A stretch of 64,000 nucleotides of DNA from Utricularia gibba. Its lineage: Eukaryota; Plantae; Magnoliophyta. Location of the stretch: contig NEEC01000019.1 in assembly GCA_002189035.1 (NCBI GenBank), positions 1,736,001 to 1,800,000 of the forward strand, read 5' to 3'. The notes beneath the pieces were generated by a model that made no database searches, was not told the origin of the DNA, and saw only the letters and a list, made by a program, of their open reading frames with translations. Each line of letters starts with the position of its first letter. Position 1 is the first letter of the stretch. Positions 24,654-36,250 of this stretch are shown in pieces. The position numbers and the translations under genes were made by a program.

Positions 24654-25857
24654 CCTTCTTCCCCAGAAGCAAGAATAAACGAAAGCAGCAAGAACAGGAA
24701 TAACACCGCTTGGTTTTTCACAAAGGCTACCGCTCCTCTGTTTCTGTGATTCTTTGATTTCAGAAAGAGAGAGAGAGAGGCACAAAGTAAGGAGTCAGTG
24801 TGTGGGCATCGCAGAGAGGGGTGCCATTTGGGAGGGAGGGAGGAGGAACAATAATGCTGCCACGAATATATACGCCAACACCTAATTAATTATCCAATAA
24901 ATAATATAATTAAATAAATATCTCTCATTTTAAATTTACAATTTAAATTTCTTACATACACTCATCGGAATTTACAATTCATGCCTTTTCGAATAAGTTG
25001 TTTCACATGGGACGATGGAGGGTAAAAAAAAGGAAATAATGAAAAAGTAAAAACTTTTTAGGGGTAGAGCAACAGATGGTAAAAAACAACACTAATTTCT
25101 CCGTCTCTATCGCATAAACATGTACTATCGTCTGTGTCCCATCAACGTTGCGCCCATTCCATCAACAAATTCGAGGAACTGAAACGCGATGGACGGCCAG
25201 ATCTCACTCATTCAAATCCGACGGACTCCATGCTTACCAGCCACCAAGTCACAAACTTATTTTTCTAATAATAAATTTAAATATTTAAATTAATAATCGA
25301 AAAATGATTCAATTCTTGTTTTTGATGAGTATATTAAATTTATTACCTTAATTTTCTTTTTATTTTTTTTAAGTTTTTGAGGGATAAGGAGGCGCGTGGG
25401 GAACTGTAGGTTGGATGGGGGCGTGAAGGAGACTTGGCGAACACACGGGATCAAATGATAACGAGATTTCGAACTCAGGCCTGCCCCAGCAACAGGGAAC
25501 AAATTGACCAACGGACCCCGCCCACCGCCGTTAAAGACCCTACTAACCGCTCAGTTAACGGCGTTACAGTCCCCTGCCGTATCGTCTCAAATTCCGGTGC
25601 CGTCCAATCCAATCTCCTCTGCCTTTTAAAATCCCGAGTGTGTGTGTGATACACGCACAACCCACACCAAGTATCATTATTTTATTCAACTATGAGAGGC
25701 GCCAGGCGGGGACTATCGAGTACTGCTGCATCTCCGTATTCGCGGAGTTCATGAGTTGATTTTACTTTTCTTAGAAGCAATCATGAGTTCCCATTTGCCC
25801 CTCCTGCACTGACCAATGATATGCACTGTAAATGAGTCGACGTGGTACGCCGCAGAG

Positions 25858-26085
25858 GTGGAAGCCAAGTCTTGTGGCTCAAAATGAAGTGGAGCACACA
25901 AGTTGTTCGATGTAATGGCTGACAGGGGGCATGATGGCAATTCCGCTTCCTTTTTATGTATGTATCCTCATAATTGAATGGTGGAGCACACGAACTGCTC
26001 CAAGCAATGGGTGACAGGGGCGAAGGCAGGCAGTGCTAGTGAGTAAAATAGTGGAGCACACTGCGTGTTCGACGTAATGTTTGAG
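25858..26085. repeat. Three degenerate ~45-55 bp repeats with core GTGGAGCACAC-N3-TGYTCN (plus a possible fourth)
   Basis: GTGGAGCACAC at ~25889, ~25981 and ~26050; the first two are followed by TGACAGGGG. Confidence 0.6.
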
Positions 26086-27038
26086 AGAGTGTGTCAGATA
26101 ATTTCCCCGGAGGGGGGAATGCAGCACCAACATTGGAGTCTGGAGTAAAGCAGGACCAGGATATATCTACAGTACAGAGCCTGCCTGCAAGCAGAAAAAC
26201 AACTGATCTATCATTTATTTCTGATTGCATGGCAGGTAGGGTGAGAGAAAGAAAGATGAAATGACAATCCAATCCAGAGACGGTAGCTACCAAGTGGGTT
26301 TACTCAATTTTCTCTGCTGCATCATGTGAAGCATGTCAGTTCACACACGACCACAACCTTCTTAGCACCTCATCTGACGCTCTAGTTTCAGGAAAGAAAG
26401 TCTCACATGAACCAGCCGGAAGCCATCCCACCCGCTCCGATGAATTCAAACTTCGTTGTGTGAACATCAATTATTGGGGAAAGGATCTGTGTTAGTCGGA
26501 AGAAGAGCCCTGGGGGTCACTGAAAATCACCTTTCCGAATCGGGAAATCCAAGTCTCTTCACGTGAGTCGTGGGAAATAACTTTTGCAGGGGGAGACAAG
26601 AAAATGAACAGCAGAAAAAATTTACGGCGTTGAGCGGAACCACCACGGTTTTTGGCTGAGATACTTGGGGGTGAAGAGACTGAACCATGGGGGAGAAAAA
26701 TCTGAAGCGAAAGCTATCGGTGGATAGCTGCTGCCGTATTGAATGCGTTGGTGTACGCACTGTGTGCTGGGTCTGAAACAACAGCTATGAAATTGAACTG
26801 CAGTGGCAGGAACACACTCATTTTACCGATTAGCATTGGGAAAAGAAAATTGAATACAAGGATGTATTACCGGCCGCTTTTTAGCACTGGACTGCATGTT
26901 GGTGGGATCCAATGAAGACTCCGCCCCAATTTCTCCCAAGAAACCTGAATCATCGCACGAAGAGCGATATGAATCAAGCGAGCGAATTCCTCCGACATCC
27001 TTTGAAACCAAACGTCGAACACTTACTCTACACACCCG

Positions 27039-27333
27039 TCATTCCCCTGTTCTTCCAAAAGGAGCCTTCAATGCCCACATTTTCACAAACAACGTGTCTA
27101 CTTTTCTCATCGCCGACCGATTACACCTCATCGCGTTTGAGAAATTAAGCCATGGCCGTCTCGACTATCGGTGAATGATCTGGACTCGCAGAATGGATCA
27201 CTGGTTTTCTGAAAATGGAAGCGACTGGATGATTCATCACACCCAAGAATACCTCCATGCACCGACTGATGACGGATCTTTTCATCGCCTTACGCTTCTT
27301 CCGCTCCAACCTTCCGTCGTCGTTTTCCGACAT
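27039..27333 (-). pseudogene. Degenerate bromodomain (GTE/BET-like) gene fragment with internal deletion and frameshift
   Basis: Frame 1 gives SRCMEVFLGVMNHPVASIFRKPV...PDHSPIVETAM. The +1 frame continues WLNFSNAMRCNRSAMRKVDTLFVKMW, matching the GTE pattern C..LL..LM.H...W.F..PV...PDY..II..PM...V.LTF.NAM.YN. The ~25-aa DLGTI..KL..Y..F segment is missing. Confidence 0.55.
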
Positions 27334-27545
27334 CTTCGGCTTCTCCGCCCCCGTCTCGTCACCACAACCAATATTTGAATCGATCAGTGAGAAACAAAAC
27401 CCACTATAATATCCAGAGAAACGGGGAAATTGCCACATTTTTCAAAAGTACCTGGTTTTTATATTATTATTTTATGAAAATTAATGCTACATTCATACCT
27501 TTATTTTACAGTCAATGGCTTTCAAGAGGATTTCAAGTTACGAAC

Positions 27546-28853
27546 ATGTCGGTCGCTGGCGTCGCCGTGATTCTCCTCGCCGTGCTGTCGCTTGCCGCCG
27601 CCGAAATTCGCTTCTCAGAAGTAAGATCCGATCCCCGCCCAATAATTCCTTTTGACGAGTTCGGGTTCACTCCTCGCGGCCAGTTGGAACTGAACGTGAC
27701 CCATCTTTCCCTGTCGGGGTCTCCCGACCAGTCGGCGTTGGACAAAGTGGGATTCTTTCTCTGCACCAGGGGCTCCTGGATCCATGTGCTTCAGCAGATC
27801 GAGGACGCCGAGATCGGCTGCGTTCTCGAATCCGATGCTGTGCAAAAAGTCTTCACCTTCGATCAATTGCCCAGCCCTGAGCCTTCCGGATTCAATCACT
27901 TGAACGCCGAAACGGTTGCAGATCAATACACACTCGTTTTCGCCAACTGTCTCACGCAGTCGAAGGTCACGATGGACGTGCGATCGGCGACGTATAATTT
28001 GGAAGACGGCAAATCGAATCGCCGCGATTATCTCTCTGCCGGTAAAACCTTCGTACCCAGGTACTTCCTGCTTTCCATGGTCTATTTCGTTCTAGGTGGC
28101 ATTTGGATCGGTGTTCTGCACAAGAACAGGACCACCGTTTTTCGAATCCACTTCTTTATGTTGGCTGTTGCGCTCCTAAAAGCGGTGAATTTGCTCTGTG
28201 AGGCTGAGGATAAGTCGTACATCAAGCGAACCGGGTCTCCTCATGGCTGGGATATCCTTTTTTACATCTTCAGCTTCATGAAGGGGATAACTCTGTTCAC
28301 TGTGATCGTCTTGATCGGTACTGGGTGGTCGTTTCTGAAACCCCATCTTCAAGACAGAGAAAAGAAGGTCTTGATGGTCGTGATCCCTCTTCAAGTAGTA
28401 GCCAATGTGGCACAAGTTGCGATCGACGAGAGTGAACCCTTTGGCCAGGACTGGGCGACATGGAAGCAAGTCTTCCTGCTCGTGGATGTTGTCTGCTGTT
28501 GTGCAATCCTCTTCCCCATCGTCTGGTCCATCAAGAACTCACGGGAGGCCGCCAGAATTGATGGAAAAGCTGCAGTGAGCTTGATGAAGTTGACTCTCTT
28601 CAGGCAATACTACATCGTGGTTATCTGCTACATCTACTTCACAAGAGTTGCAGTCTATGCACTCGAAACCATCACCTCGTATCGATACCTGTGGACCGCC
28701 GTCGTCGCCGGAGAGTTTGCAACACTCGGATTTTATGTGTTCACAGGCTACAAGTTCAAACCTGAGGCCAACAATCCGTACCTCGCCGTTGACGATGAGG
28801 ACGAGGAGGCTGCCGCACAACAGTTCAAGCTTGAAGATGAATTTGAATTGTGA
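27546..28853 (+). CDS. GPR107/108-like lung seven-transmembrane receptor family (GOST) protein, intronless
   Basis: Signal peptide followed by AEIRFSEVRSD.RPIIPFDEFGF; seven hydrophobic segments with LIGTGWSFLKP.LQ.REKKVLM.VIPLQV and KLTLFRQYY motifs; acidic tail. Confidence 0.92.
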   Translation: MSVAGVAVILLAVLSLAAAEIRFSEVRSDPRPIIPFDEFGFTPRGQLELNVTHLSLSGSPDQSALDKVGFFLCTRGSWIHVLQQIEDAEIGCVLESDAVQKVFTFDQLPSPEPSGFNHLNAETVADQYTLVFANCLTQSKVTMDVRSATYNLEDGKSNRRDYLSAGKTFVPRYFLLSMVYFVLGGIWIGVLHKNRTTVFRIHFFMLAVALLKAVNLLCEAEDKSYIKRTGSPHGWDILFYIFSFMKGITLFTVIVLIGTGWSFLKPHLQDREKKVLMVVIPLQVVANVAQVAIDESEPFGQDWATWKQVFLLVDVVCCCAILFPIVWSIKNSREAARIDGKAAVSLMKLTLFRQYYIVVICYIYFTRVAVYALETITSYRYLWTAVVAGEFATLGFYVFTGYKFKPEANNPYLAVDDEDEEAAAQQFKLEDEFEL

Positions 28854-28899
28854 ATGACTCTCTTCTCATTTATATTTTGTTGATGATGGTTTATTTAAA

Positions 28900-29451
28900 G
28901 TTTATGATTATTCACGAATTTTCATTAATAAATATAATATATTTATATTTTAATATAAATATAAATAAATTAATATTTTTAATATAAAACATAAACATAA
29001 TATTTTTAAATATAAGTTAATATTTTATATATTTTAATCGAGAAAAATATAAAATCATTGATAATTTAAATATTAATATGATTTTTTTAATATTATATAT
29101 ATTAAAGAATAATTACATTATGGTTATATATTGATTAATATATATATATATATTATTATTTTATATCAATCTAAAATATATAATTTTAATATAAATATAT
29201 TGTAATTGAATAAAATTGAATATAATTGAACATTGATCTTATTTGTATTTGTTTAACAAAATAATCAAACATATATTTTATTTATGTTCTTTTTATTTAT
29301 ATTATTCAAATAAAAATAAATAATTTTAATCGAATCGAACACAATTTGAACATGAGTTGTTCGAACATGAATAAATTTTTTGTTCGATAAAATTAAACAA
29401 ACGAACACAAACATAAATGTTCATGTTCGTTCATTCGATATAACATCCTTA
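28900..29451. mobile_element. Degenerate hAT-like MITE remnant
   Basis: Clustered GTTCG/CGAAC subterminal motifs at 29330-29435 ending in ACATCCTTA (resembles hAT end CATCCCTA); left end not found. Confidence 0.3.
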
Positions 29452-29768
29452 TATATACATACAAATTTCTATTTATACTGATTTCATTTCATTGTAAAAG
29501 TAGTTGATGAGAATATAAAGAAGACATCATTCTGTAACTAAGAATTAGTATATTCCAACAATTTTCGATACTGAAATTATTAGAACAAATAATTTCACAT
29601 CAAAATTTGGAATTCAAATAAGTAAATATATTAGGATTAATATTTTCTAATATGATTCATTCATGTTTTATGATCGTCCTATCTATCATATTCTTAATTT
29701 CAATAGAAACGGCAATACAAGACAAAACCCTTGTTTCAGTACTCAAAACATGCATATCAATTAGGAAC

Positions 29769-30059
29769 CTAAGAGCATTCACGGCCGATCCCAATACTCG
29801 AAGGGGTTTTCTGAACGATCTCAATCTGGACCACGATGAAGTTATCAATCTTAAACCATGATTTGATTATTCTGGAACAATCATTGGGGAGATAACAGAA
29901 CTTGTATTCATGTATATCCCCGCGCGGATTCACCACTGTGATTCGTAGAAGCTTGTTATCCAACACATGCGCCATGAACGTCACATCACCTTCCACCTCA
30001 AGCTTGAACTCATAAATGGACTCATTGGGTTTTGAAATCTCTATATTTCCAAGGATCAT
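29769..30059 (-). CDS. Orphan ACD/HSP20-like family, array copy 1 (intact, 96 aa)
   Basis: MILGNIEISKPNESIYEFKLEV...HEYKFCYLPNDCSRIIKSWFKIDNFIVVQIE; TATA-like box at ~30123-30129; homologous to the other copies. Confidence 0.72.
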   Translation of the reverse strand: MILGNIEISKPNESIYEFKLEVEGDVTFMAHVLDNKLLRITVVNPRGDIHEYKFCYLPNDCSRIIKSWFKIDNFIVVQIEIVQKTPSSIGIGRECS

Positions 30060-30344
30060 ATTCACCCCTTTCTTATTTTTTTCCTTGAAGATTTTGTGGT
30101 TTGTTGATAGGTTCATGCAACTTATATAACCATCATATTTTGCGAAATAATAACAAAAAATTCAAAATATTTATTAATAAGATATTAAATTATATCAGGT
30201 TTACCGAATTTTTGTAATCATTTTAAAATTTTTCCTAGAATATTGAAAAAGTTCCTTATATTCTGCTAAATCAAATTTAATGTTTTTAATAAAAATTTGT
30301 AAAAAAGTACATAAAATTGTATTTTATTCTGCTAAATTTGAAAA

Positions 30345-30700
30345 TCATGGAAAGGTGAGGCCAGTGGAACCCGAATTGGGCTACCCGTTGTTGGGCTTGA
30401 CGGCCGCCTACAGCAACGAAAGTGTTATCCCAATAAGCCCACGTCAGCCGTAGATGATCGCCGGAGTTTTTGCTCGTCGGTCCATAAAACTGAACACAGG
30501 CAACGTTTCGTACACCGTCCTCGAGAAGGCTACTACCACTTCACCAGATAGAATGCTCCTCTGCCGCAGATTTCGCGGTGAGCGTGAAGGATATCTCAAT
30601 CCCCGTGATCACTTCAAGGAGTCCTTCCACCACCGCCGCCACGGAGGCGCTGGTGCCGGAAATCAGCCAGAACCGCTCGTTCCTCCACGAAAAGGGTAGA
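30345..30700 (-). pseudogene. Duplicated 3' fragment of CSLD4 (with stop codon and 3' UTR), internally deleted
   Basis: 30290-30700 aligns to 42640-43190 (e.g. AAAGTACATAAAATTGT; TCATGG(A/G)AAGGTGA; GTTTCGTACACCGTCCTCGAGAAGGCTAC). Confidence 0.9.
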
Positions 30701-31317
30701 AACGTTTTAAGGTCAGTATAGAATATTTATATTTAAATTGAAATATATATGATTGTTTGATTGATTAATATATGAATATCAATTTTATATTATTATAATA
30801 GACATTTGATAACAAGGTATTAATATGTATAAATATAATGTAATTAATTATGTAAACAATTAATTGTATATAATGTTTGATATACGAGAATATAAATTTA
30901 AATATAAACGATATACATATAACTAGGTTTTCATCTATTTATATATATTATTCATATATTCAATAAATGAAGATGTGAATAGTATAATTATATTAAATTA
31001 ATATGCATATATTAATCAATCAAACAACGATATATATGTAAATTTATATATATAACATTTATACTTTCTTATCAAACAATATCTAACATACTCATTTTTT
31101 AAGTATATCATTGATATACACAAATAAAGTAAGTACTAGTTATGTGTATAACAATCATATATTAAAACATAATATACAATTGAATATGTATAATATATAC
31201 ACATTCAATTACATCATACTTAAACATATTAATAATTTACTATCGAAATGACACCAAGGTAATTAAGAATGCAGTATATTCCAAATACACTCAAAGTAGC
31301 TCAAACGGGAAGAACAT

Positions 31318-31445
31318 TCAGCGTCGGATCCCAGCATCGGAAGACGCATTTTGAGCGATCCCCACACCCTAAGAAGCACGTTCATCGAGGTTAAACTCGA
31401 CTACGACGAAGCCGTCAATCTTTTTGGTTGATTCAATTACGGAAA
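31318..31445 (-). pseudogene. Orphan ACD-like family relic (3' third only, premature stop)
   Basis: Reads IESTKKIDGFVVVEFNLDERAS*GVGIAQNASSDAGIRR*; abuts promoter-like sequence directly. Confidence 0.75.
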
Positions 31446-32234
31446 AGTTGCATAATTTTTGTATTCATTTTTAGGACATGCAATTCTTTTTGCTACTAAT
31501 ACAAAATAGTTATGTTGTATGGAGACGTTTAAAGAGAATCTGTTGAGTTATATAAAAAAGATTAAAATCAATTGAATATATTTAGAATTTGTAATTTCTA
31601 AATGAGGCAGCGAGTATAATAAAAGACTATTGGGATTCTTTTATGGCTTTTATATTGAGTAATTTTTTCTTTATTCTTAATTTTTTTAAATAGCGAAAAA
31701 AGGTTCATTAGCTCATTCTCTATTTAGACTCTATGGCTATGTTTAGAATTTTTTTGAATAATATATATATTACCTTTTTTTCTACGAAAACATTTCTTTT
31801 AAATCATTTTTTAAAAATAGTGACTACAAAGAATAGAATAGTTGATTGATTCAAAATTTATAATTTCCATATATAAGCTTCAAATTTGAATTCCGAAATT
31901 AAACTATAATTAGAAATTTAAGAATTTGACTGATAGGAGGAACACGATATACATAAAAAAATATGGATTATATTTTAATAAACTAATTCTAATCAATTAT
32001 TAATAATTTTTAATTTATTGTATATTTAATCATATCATTTAATTTTAATTTTGTCCATGTACTATTTTTTGATGTAATAAAGAAGGCTCCACCAATGAAC
32101 TGCTATTCGGCCAAGGAGTGTATTACAAGTCTTACAATTCTTGATGAAATATATGAAAAATGGTCATTCTCAATTAAAATTTTTTATCTGAATATGTGAG
32201 AAATTGAAAATACTAAGAATTTTGTAAATGACCC

Positions 32235-32355
32235 TTCGACCCCGTTTCGTACACTATCCTCGAGAAGGCTACCACCGCGGCGATGATGCTCACCATTCCG
32301 ATCACTATGTGCCGGAAATCAGCCGGAACTGCTCGTTTCTCCACGAAAAGAGTTG
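32235..32355 (-). pseudogene. Second CSLD4 3' fragment
   Basis: CCGTTTCGTACACTATCCTCGAGAAGGCTACCACCGCGGCGATGATGCTCACCATTCCGATCAC and TGCCGGAAATCAGCCGGAACTGCTCGTTTCTCCAC match CSLD4 42925-43190. Confidence 0.85.
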
Positions 32356-32515
32356 AAACGTTTTGAGATCATCGTGAATTTCACACAAGGTAATTAAGAA
32401 TTCAGCATATTCCAATGCACTGAAACATCAAAGCAGCTCAAACAAGAAGAAACTCTCAAAGCATGCAAAACCAGCAAATGAATCAGGAACCAAATAAGCA
32501 AACAAGGAAGAACGT

Positions 32516-32893
32516 TCAGAGTCTGAGCCCAGCATCCGAAGGCGCATTTTGAGCGACACGCGCACCCGAAGAGGCATTTTGAGCGATCTGCACACCGGAA
32601 GGCGCATTTTGAACCATCCCTACAGCCGAACCGGCATTTCCAGCGAGCTCAAACTCGACCACGATGAAATTGTCAACCTTTTTGGATGATTTGATCTTTC
32701 TGGTGCAATCCTTGGGGAGGGGACAAAACTTGTATTCATGAATATCGCGGCGGCTGTTCATCACATCGATCCGCAGAGCTTCACCCATCACCCTCGATGA
32801 AAACTTGGTCACAGAGTCTTTCACTTGAAGCTTGAACTCGTACCTGGATCCTGTGTACAGTAAACTCTCAATGTCTCCGATTATCATGTTCAT
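32516..32893 (-). CDS. Orphan ACD/HSP20-like family, array copy (intact, 125 aa) with three 10-aa C-terminal repeats
   Basis: MNMIIGDIESLLYTGSRYEFKLQV...HEYKFCPLPKDCTRKIKSSKKVDNFIVVEF followed by QNAPSGVQIA-QNASSGARVA-QNAPSDAGLRL. Confidence 0.75.
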   Translation of the reverse strand: MNMIIGDIESLLYTGSRYEFKLQVKDSVTKFSSRVMGEALRIDVMNSRRDIHEYKFCPLPKDCTRKIKSSKKVDNFIVVEFELAGNAGSAVGMVQNAPSGVQIAQNASSGARVAQNAPSDAGLRL

Positions 32894-33824
32894 TTTCGTC
32901 TCCTTCTTCGATTCTCTAGGCTTCTGTGGTTTCCTGCAACGTTGCTCCGGTTTATATAAGGGTTTCGTTTTGATAATATATTGGGTAATTACCAAAGAAA
33001 AAACAGAAATAATTGGAAATATTCATTGTTGAATATATTGATTATGGAAAATTTACAAAATTTTTGTATTTATTTTTAGAAAATATGCAATTTCTTGGAG
33101 ATTTCTTTTTGTTACTAATACAAAATAGTTATCTTATATGTAGACGTTTGAATTGAATCTGTTAAATAATATTAAAAAGATTAAAATCAATTAAATATAT
33201 TCAGAATTTGGTAATTTCCAAACATGGCAGCGATATTGGGATTCTTTTGTGGCTTTTATATTGAGTAATTTGTTATTTATTCTTATTTTTTAATATAAAA
33301 AAGTTCATTATCTCTTTCTCTACTTAGATGTTTAGAATTTTTTTGATTAATATAGATTACTTTTTTTTCTATGGAAACGTTTGATATTAATTTTTTTAAT
33401 CAATTTTAAAAAATAGTGACTATAAGGAATTGAATATTTGATTGATTCAAAATTTATAGTTTCCATATACATGTTCAAATTTGAATTCCGAAATTAAACT
33501 GTAATTAAAATTTAAGAATTTGATTGATAGGATGAGAACGAGATATATAAAATATGAATTATATTTGAAAAAACTAAGTTAAATAGATTATTAATTATTT
33601 ATAATTTATTTATTATTTTTTTATCATATTTTTTAATTTTAATTTTCTCGATGTGCTATTGTTTGATGTGTAATAAAGAAGATGCCGCCAATGAACTGGT
33701 GCACTTCACCTCGGATGTATTATAAATCTAGTTATCCTTAATAAAGTATGAAAAAAATATTATCCTTAATTAAAAATTTTTAATTTAGATAAAATGAGAG
33801 GGTGGACAATTTTGTAAATGATCG

Positions 33825-34095
33825 ATCCGGCCCGGTTTTGTACACTGTCCTCGAGAAGGCTGCTACCATGGCGATATGTTCACTATGCCGATCACTATGG
33901 GGAAATATGACATCCAGTAGCCCTTACAGCACCGCCGCTAAGTGGGTTGCTGGTGCCGGAAATGAGCCAGAACTGCTCGTTTCTCCACCGTTGCTCCCGC
34001 TCTACGCCGACCAATTCACTTCCAGAATGGCTAATCCGATGAGGCAGAGAACAGAGACAGTGCGTGGAGAAACCAGCAGACGATGAGAACAGAAA
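33825..34095 (-). pseudogene. Third CSLD4 3' fragment (longest upstream reach)
   Basis: CACCGCCGCTAAGTGGG..GCTGGTGCCGGAAATGAGCCAGAACTG and GGCTAATCCGATGAGGCAGAG match CSLD4 43130-43350, with deletions. Confidence 0.88.
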
Positions 34096-34506
34096 GAGGT
34101 AGTCTGTTGAAAGATATTATTTTGGGACTCAATGTTAAAATTCAAGATCTGATCGATAGAATAAGCATGCATGTATGTGAAATTTAAATATACAAAAAAA
34201 CATAAATATATTAGAAAAGATTAAATGTCACGGATAAACATGCACATGAAATTTAATTATACAAAAAAACATAAATATATTAGAAAAAATTAAATGTAAC
34301 TAATTAATCCTGATATTTAATTTTTTTATATATTTAATTAATTCATTTTCATTTATCGATTAGTATTATATATTATAACACATAAATATATTCCAAATAC
34401 TCAAAAGTAACACAAAACAAGAAGAAACTCTTGTTTAAGTACCGATCATGCAAAACAAACGTACTAATTAGGAATTGAATAAACAAACAAGGAAGAACTT
34501 TCACAT

Positions 34507-34690
34507 TCAGGGCTTCAGCTTGACCATGATCATGTTAATAATCTTTTTGACTGATTTGATCCTTGTTGAGCAATCATCCGGGAGAGTACAGAACTTGTGT
34601 TCATGTATATTCTCGCGCGAATTCTCCACCTCGATCCGCAGACGCATCCACACGGCAAAATTGAGTTTCATAAGTGGAGGCTGGGTTGGG
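34507..34690 (-). pseudogene. Orphan ACD-like family relic, 5'-truncated
   Basis: LRIEVENSRENIHEHKFCTLPDDCSTRIKSVKKIINMIMVKLKP*; the N-terminal strands are replaced by an AT-rich insertion. Confidence 0.75.
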
Positions 34691-34697
34691 TAACTCA

Positions 34698-35475
34698 CAG
34701 CTTGTTTGAAACCACATATATTCTATTAAATTCAATTCTATTCTTGTAAAATTGATTCTATATTTCAAACATGTATTTGATTATTTTCTATGAAAATCGA
34801 TTTTTGAAAATCAATTTAATTTTCAAAGAAACATGGTTGTGCAGCTTCTAATACAAACTTGTTTTTTTAAATTGATTTTATGAAATGAATTTACTATTAT
34901 AATCATTTATTAATACATAATTACAATTAATACCATTTTTTTAAAAATAAATACGAATTTGCATTTTTTAAAAAAATTTATTCATTCTACTTATATGGAT
35001 TAGGGTTTTACAAATTTTAATTAACAATATAAGAATAATTGATTTTAACAATCAAAATAAAATTTTTCTTTTCCCTTCTCAATGCATCATTTTTCGTTGC
35101 ACTAATGCAATGATTATTTCAGTTGGTAGCAATTTTCTGTTTCGGTAGTACAAGTCTTGGGTTCTTTTGTCGGGACCATCCTATGCCTTCTTTTGTGAAT
35201 TTCTCAAGTTATTTTTCATATGATTAGTTAATAGTTTGATAAATGTTAATGTTATATATATATATATATGTTTTATTTAAATAAATTTTAAAATATGATT
35301 ATTAATGGATAAATATATACTTAATTATAAAAATCACTTTTTATTTTTTCCACTCAAAACATTAATTAATTTTATAATAATCATTCTTAAAAAACACTTA
35401 TATATATATATATATATATCAATTAATTTTTGATTTTGTTAAAATCAATTTGAATTGATATTTCCAAACGTTGAC
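34698..35475. mobile_element. Possible PIF/Harbinger-type MITE remnant interrupting the 34.5 kb copy
   Basis: Weak GTTTG / CAAAC termini flanked by TCA on both sides; internal AAATCAATT/AATTGATTT motifs; AT-rich. Confidence 0.35.
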
Positions 35476-35724
35476 TCAATATGGTATTTACTCATTCTCT
35501 AGCCACTATCTCTCTAATACCTCTCTTCCCCCACGTGAAAAACCAGCAAACCAGAAGAAGATGAGAACAGAAACAAGTCGTCTGTTTCAATGGCCTATTT
35601 GGTGCGATAACCATGTAACTTTGAACAAATACATTCCAAACACTCAAAAGTAACACAAAACAAGAAGAAACTCCTGTTTAAGCACCGATCATGCAAAACA
35701 AACGCACTAATTAGGAACCTAGAA

Positions 35725-35772
35725 GAACTTTCACATTTAGGGCTTCACTCGACCACGATCATGTTGTTGAAA
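35725..35772 (-). pseudogene. Orphan ACD-like family relic (last codons plus 3' UTR block 35630-35725)
   Basis: GGGCTTCACTCGACCACGATCATGTT matches the end of the 34507 and 36097 copies. Confidence 0.6.
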
Positions 35773-36096
35773 TTCAGGATGTAATGGGTTGGGCGAGCGC
35801 AACATGTGAAACCCAAATATACAAAAAACGTAGATTACAATACAAAAAATTAAACCTAACCGATTACTTGTGATTTATAGTTTCTTATATACTTGATTAT
35901 TTTATTTTCATTTTTCAATATGAGATTGTGTATTATGACACATGTTAATAATCTTTTTTACAGATTTGAACAAATATATTCCAAACACTCAAAAGTAACA
36001 CAAAACAAGAAGAAACCCGTGTTTGAGTGTACTGGATCATGCAAAACAAACGCATTAAATAGGAACTGAATAAACAAACATGAAGAACTTTTACAT

Positions 36097-36250
36097 TCAG
36101 GGCTTCATCTCAACCACGATCATGTTAATAATCTTTTTGACAGATTTGATCTTTGTTGAGCAATCCTTTGGGAGAGTACACAACTTGTATTCATGGAGGA
36201 TTCCTTGTCTTTACAAATCTCTATGTTTCCAACAATAATTTTCTCTTCAA
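36097..36250 (-). pseudogene. Orphan ACD-like family copy with internal deletion, frameshift and no ATG
   Basis: KIIVGNIEICKDKES joins out of frame to LHEYKLCTLPKDCSTKIKSVKKIINMIVVEMKP*. Confidence 0.78.

Larger units (their letters stand above)
31440..33860. repeat. Direct repeat pair 31440-32260 / 33045-33860 (promoter plus CSLD-fragment unit)
   Basis: Shared runs such as CTAATACAAAATAGTTAT, AAATTTGAATTCCGAAATTAAACT and GTACACT.TCCTCGAGAAGGCT. Confidence 0.85.

Noticed and set aside
22798-24749. Long antisense ORFs over DELLA (22798-23526, 24309-24749) and similar ones over PIN, CSLD4 and GPR107
   Set aside because: Shadow ORFs expected opposite GC-rich coding sequence; no independent motifs
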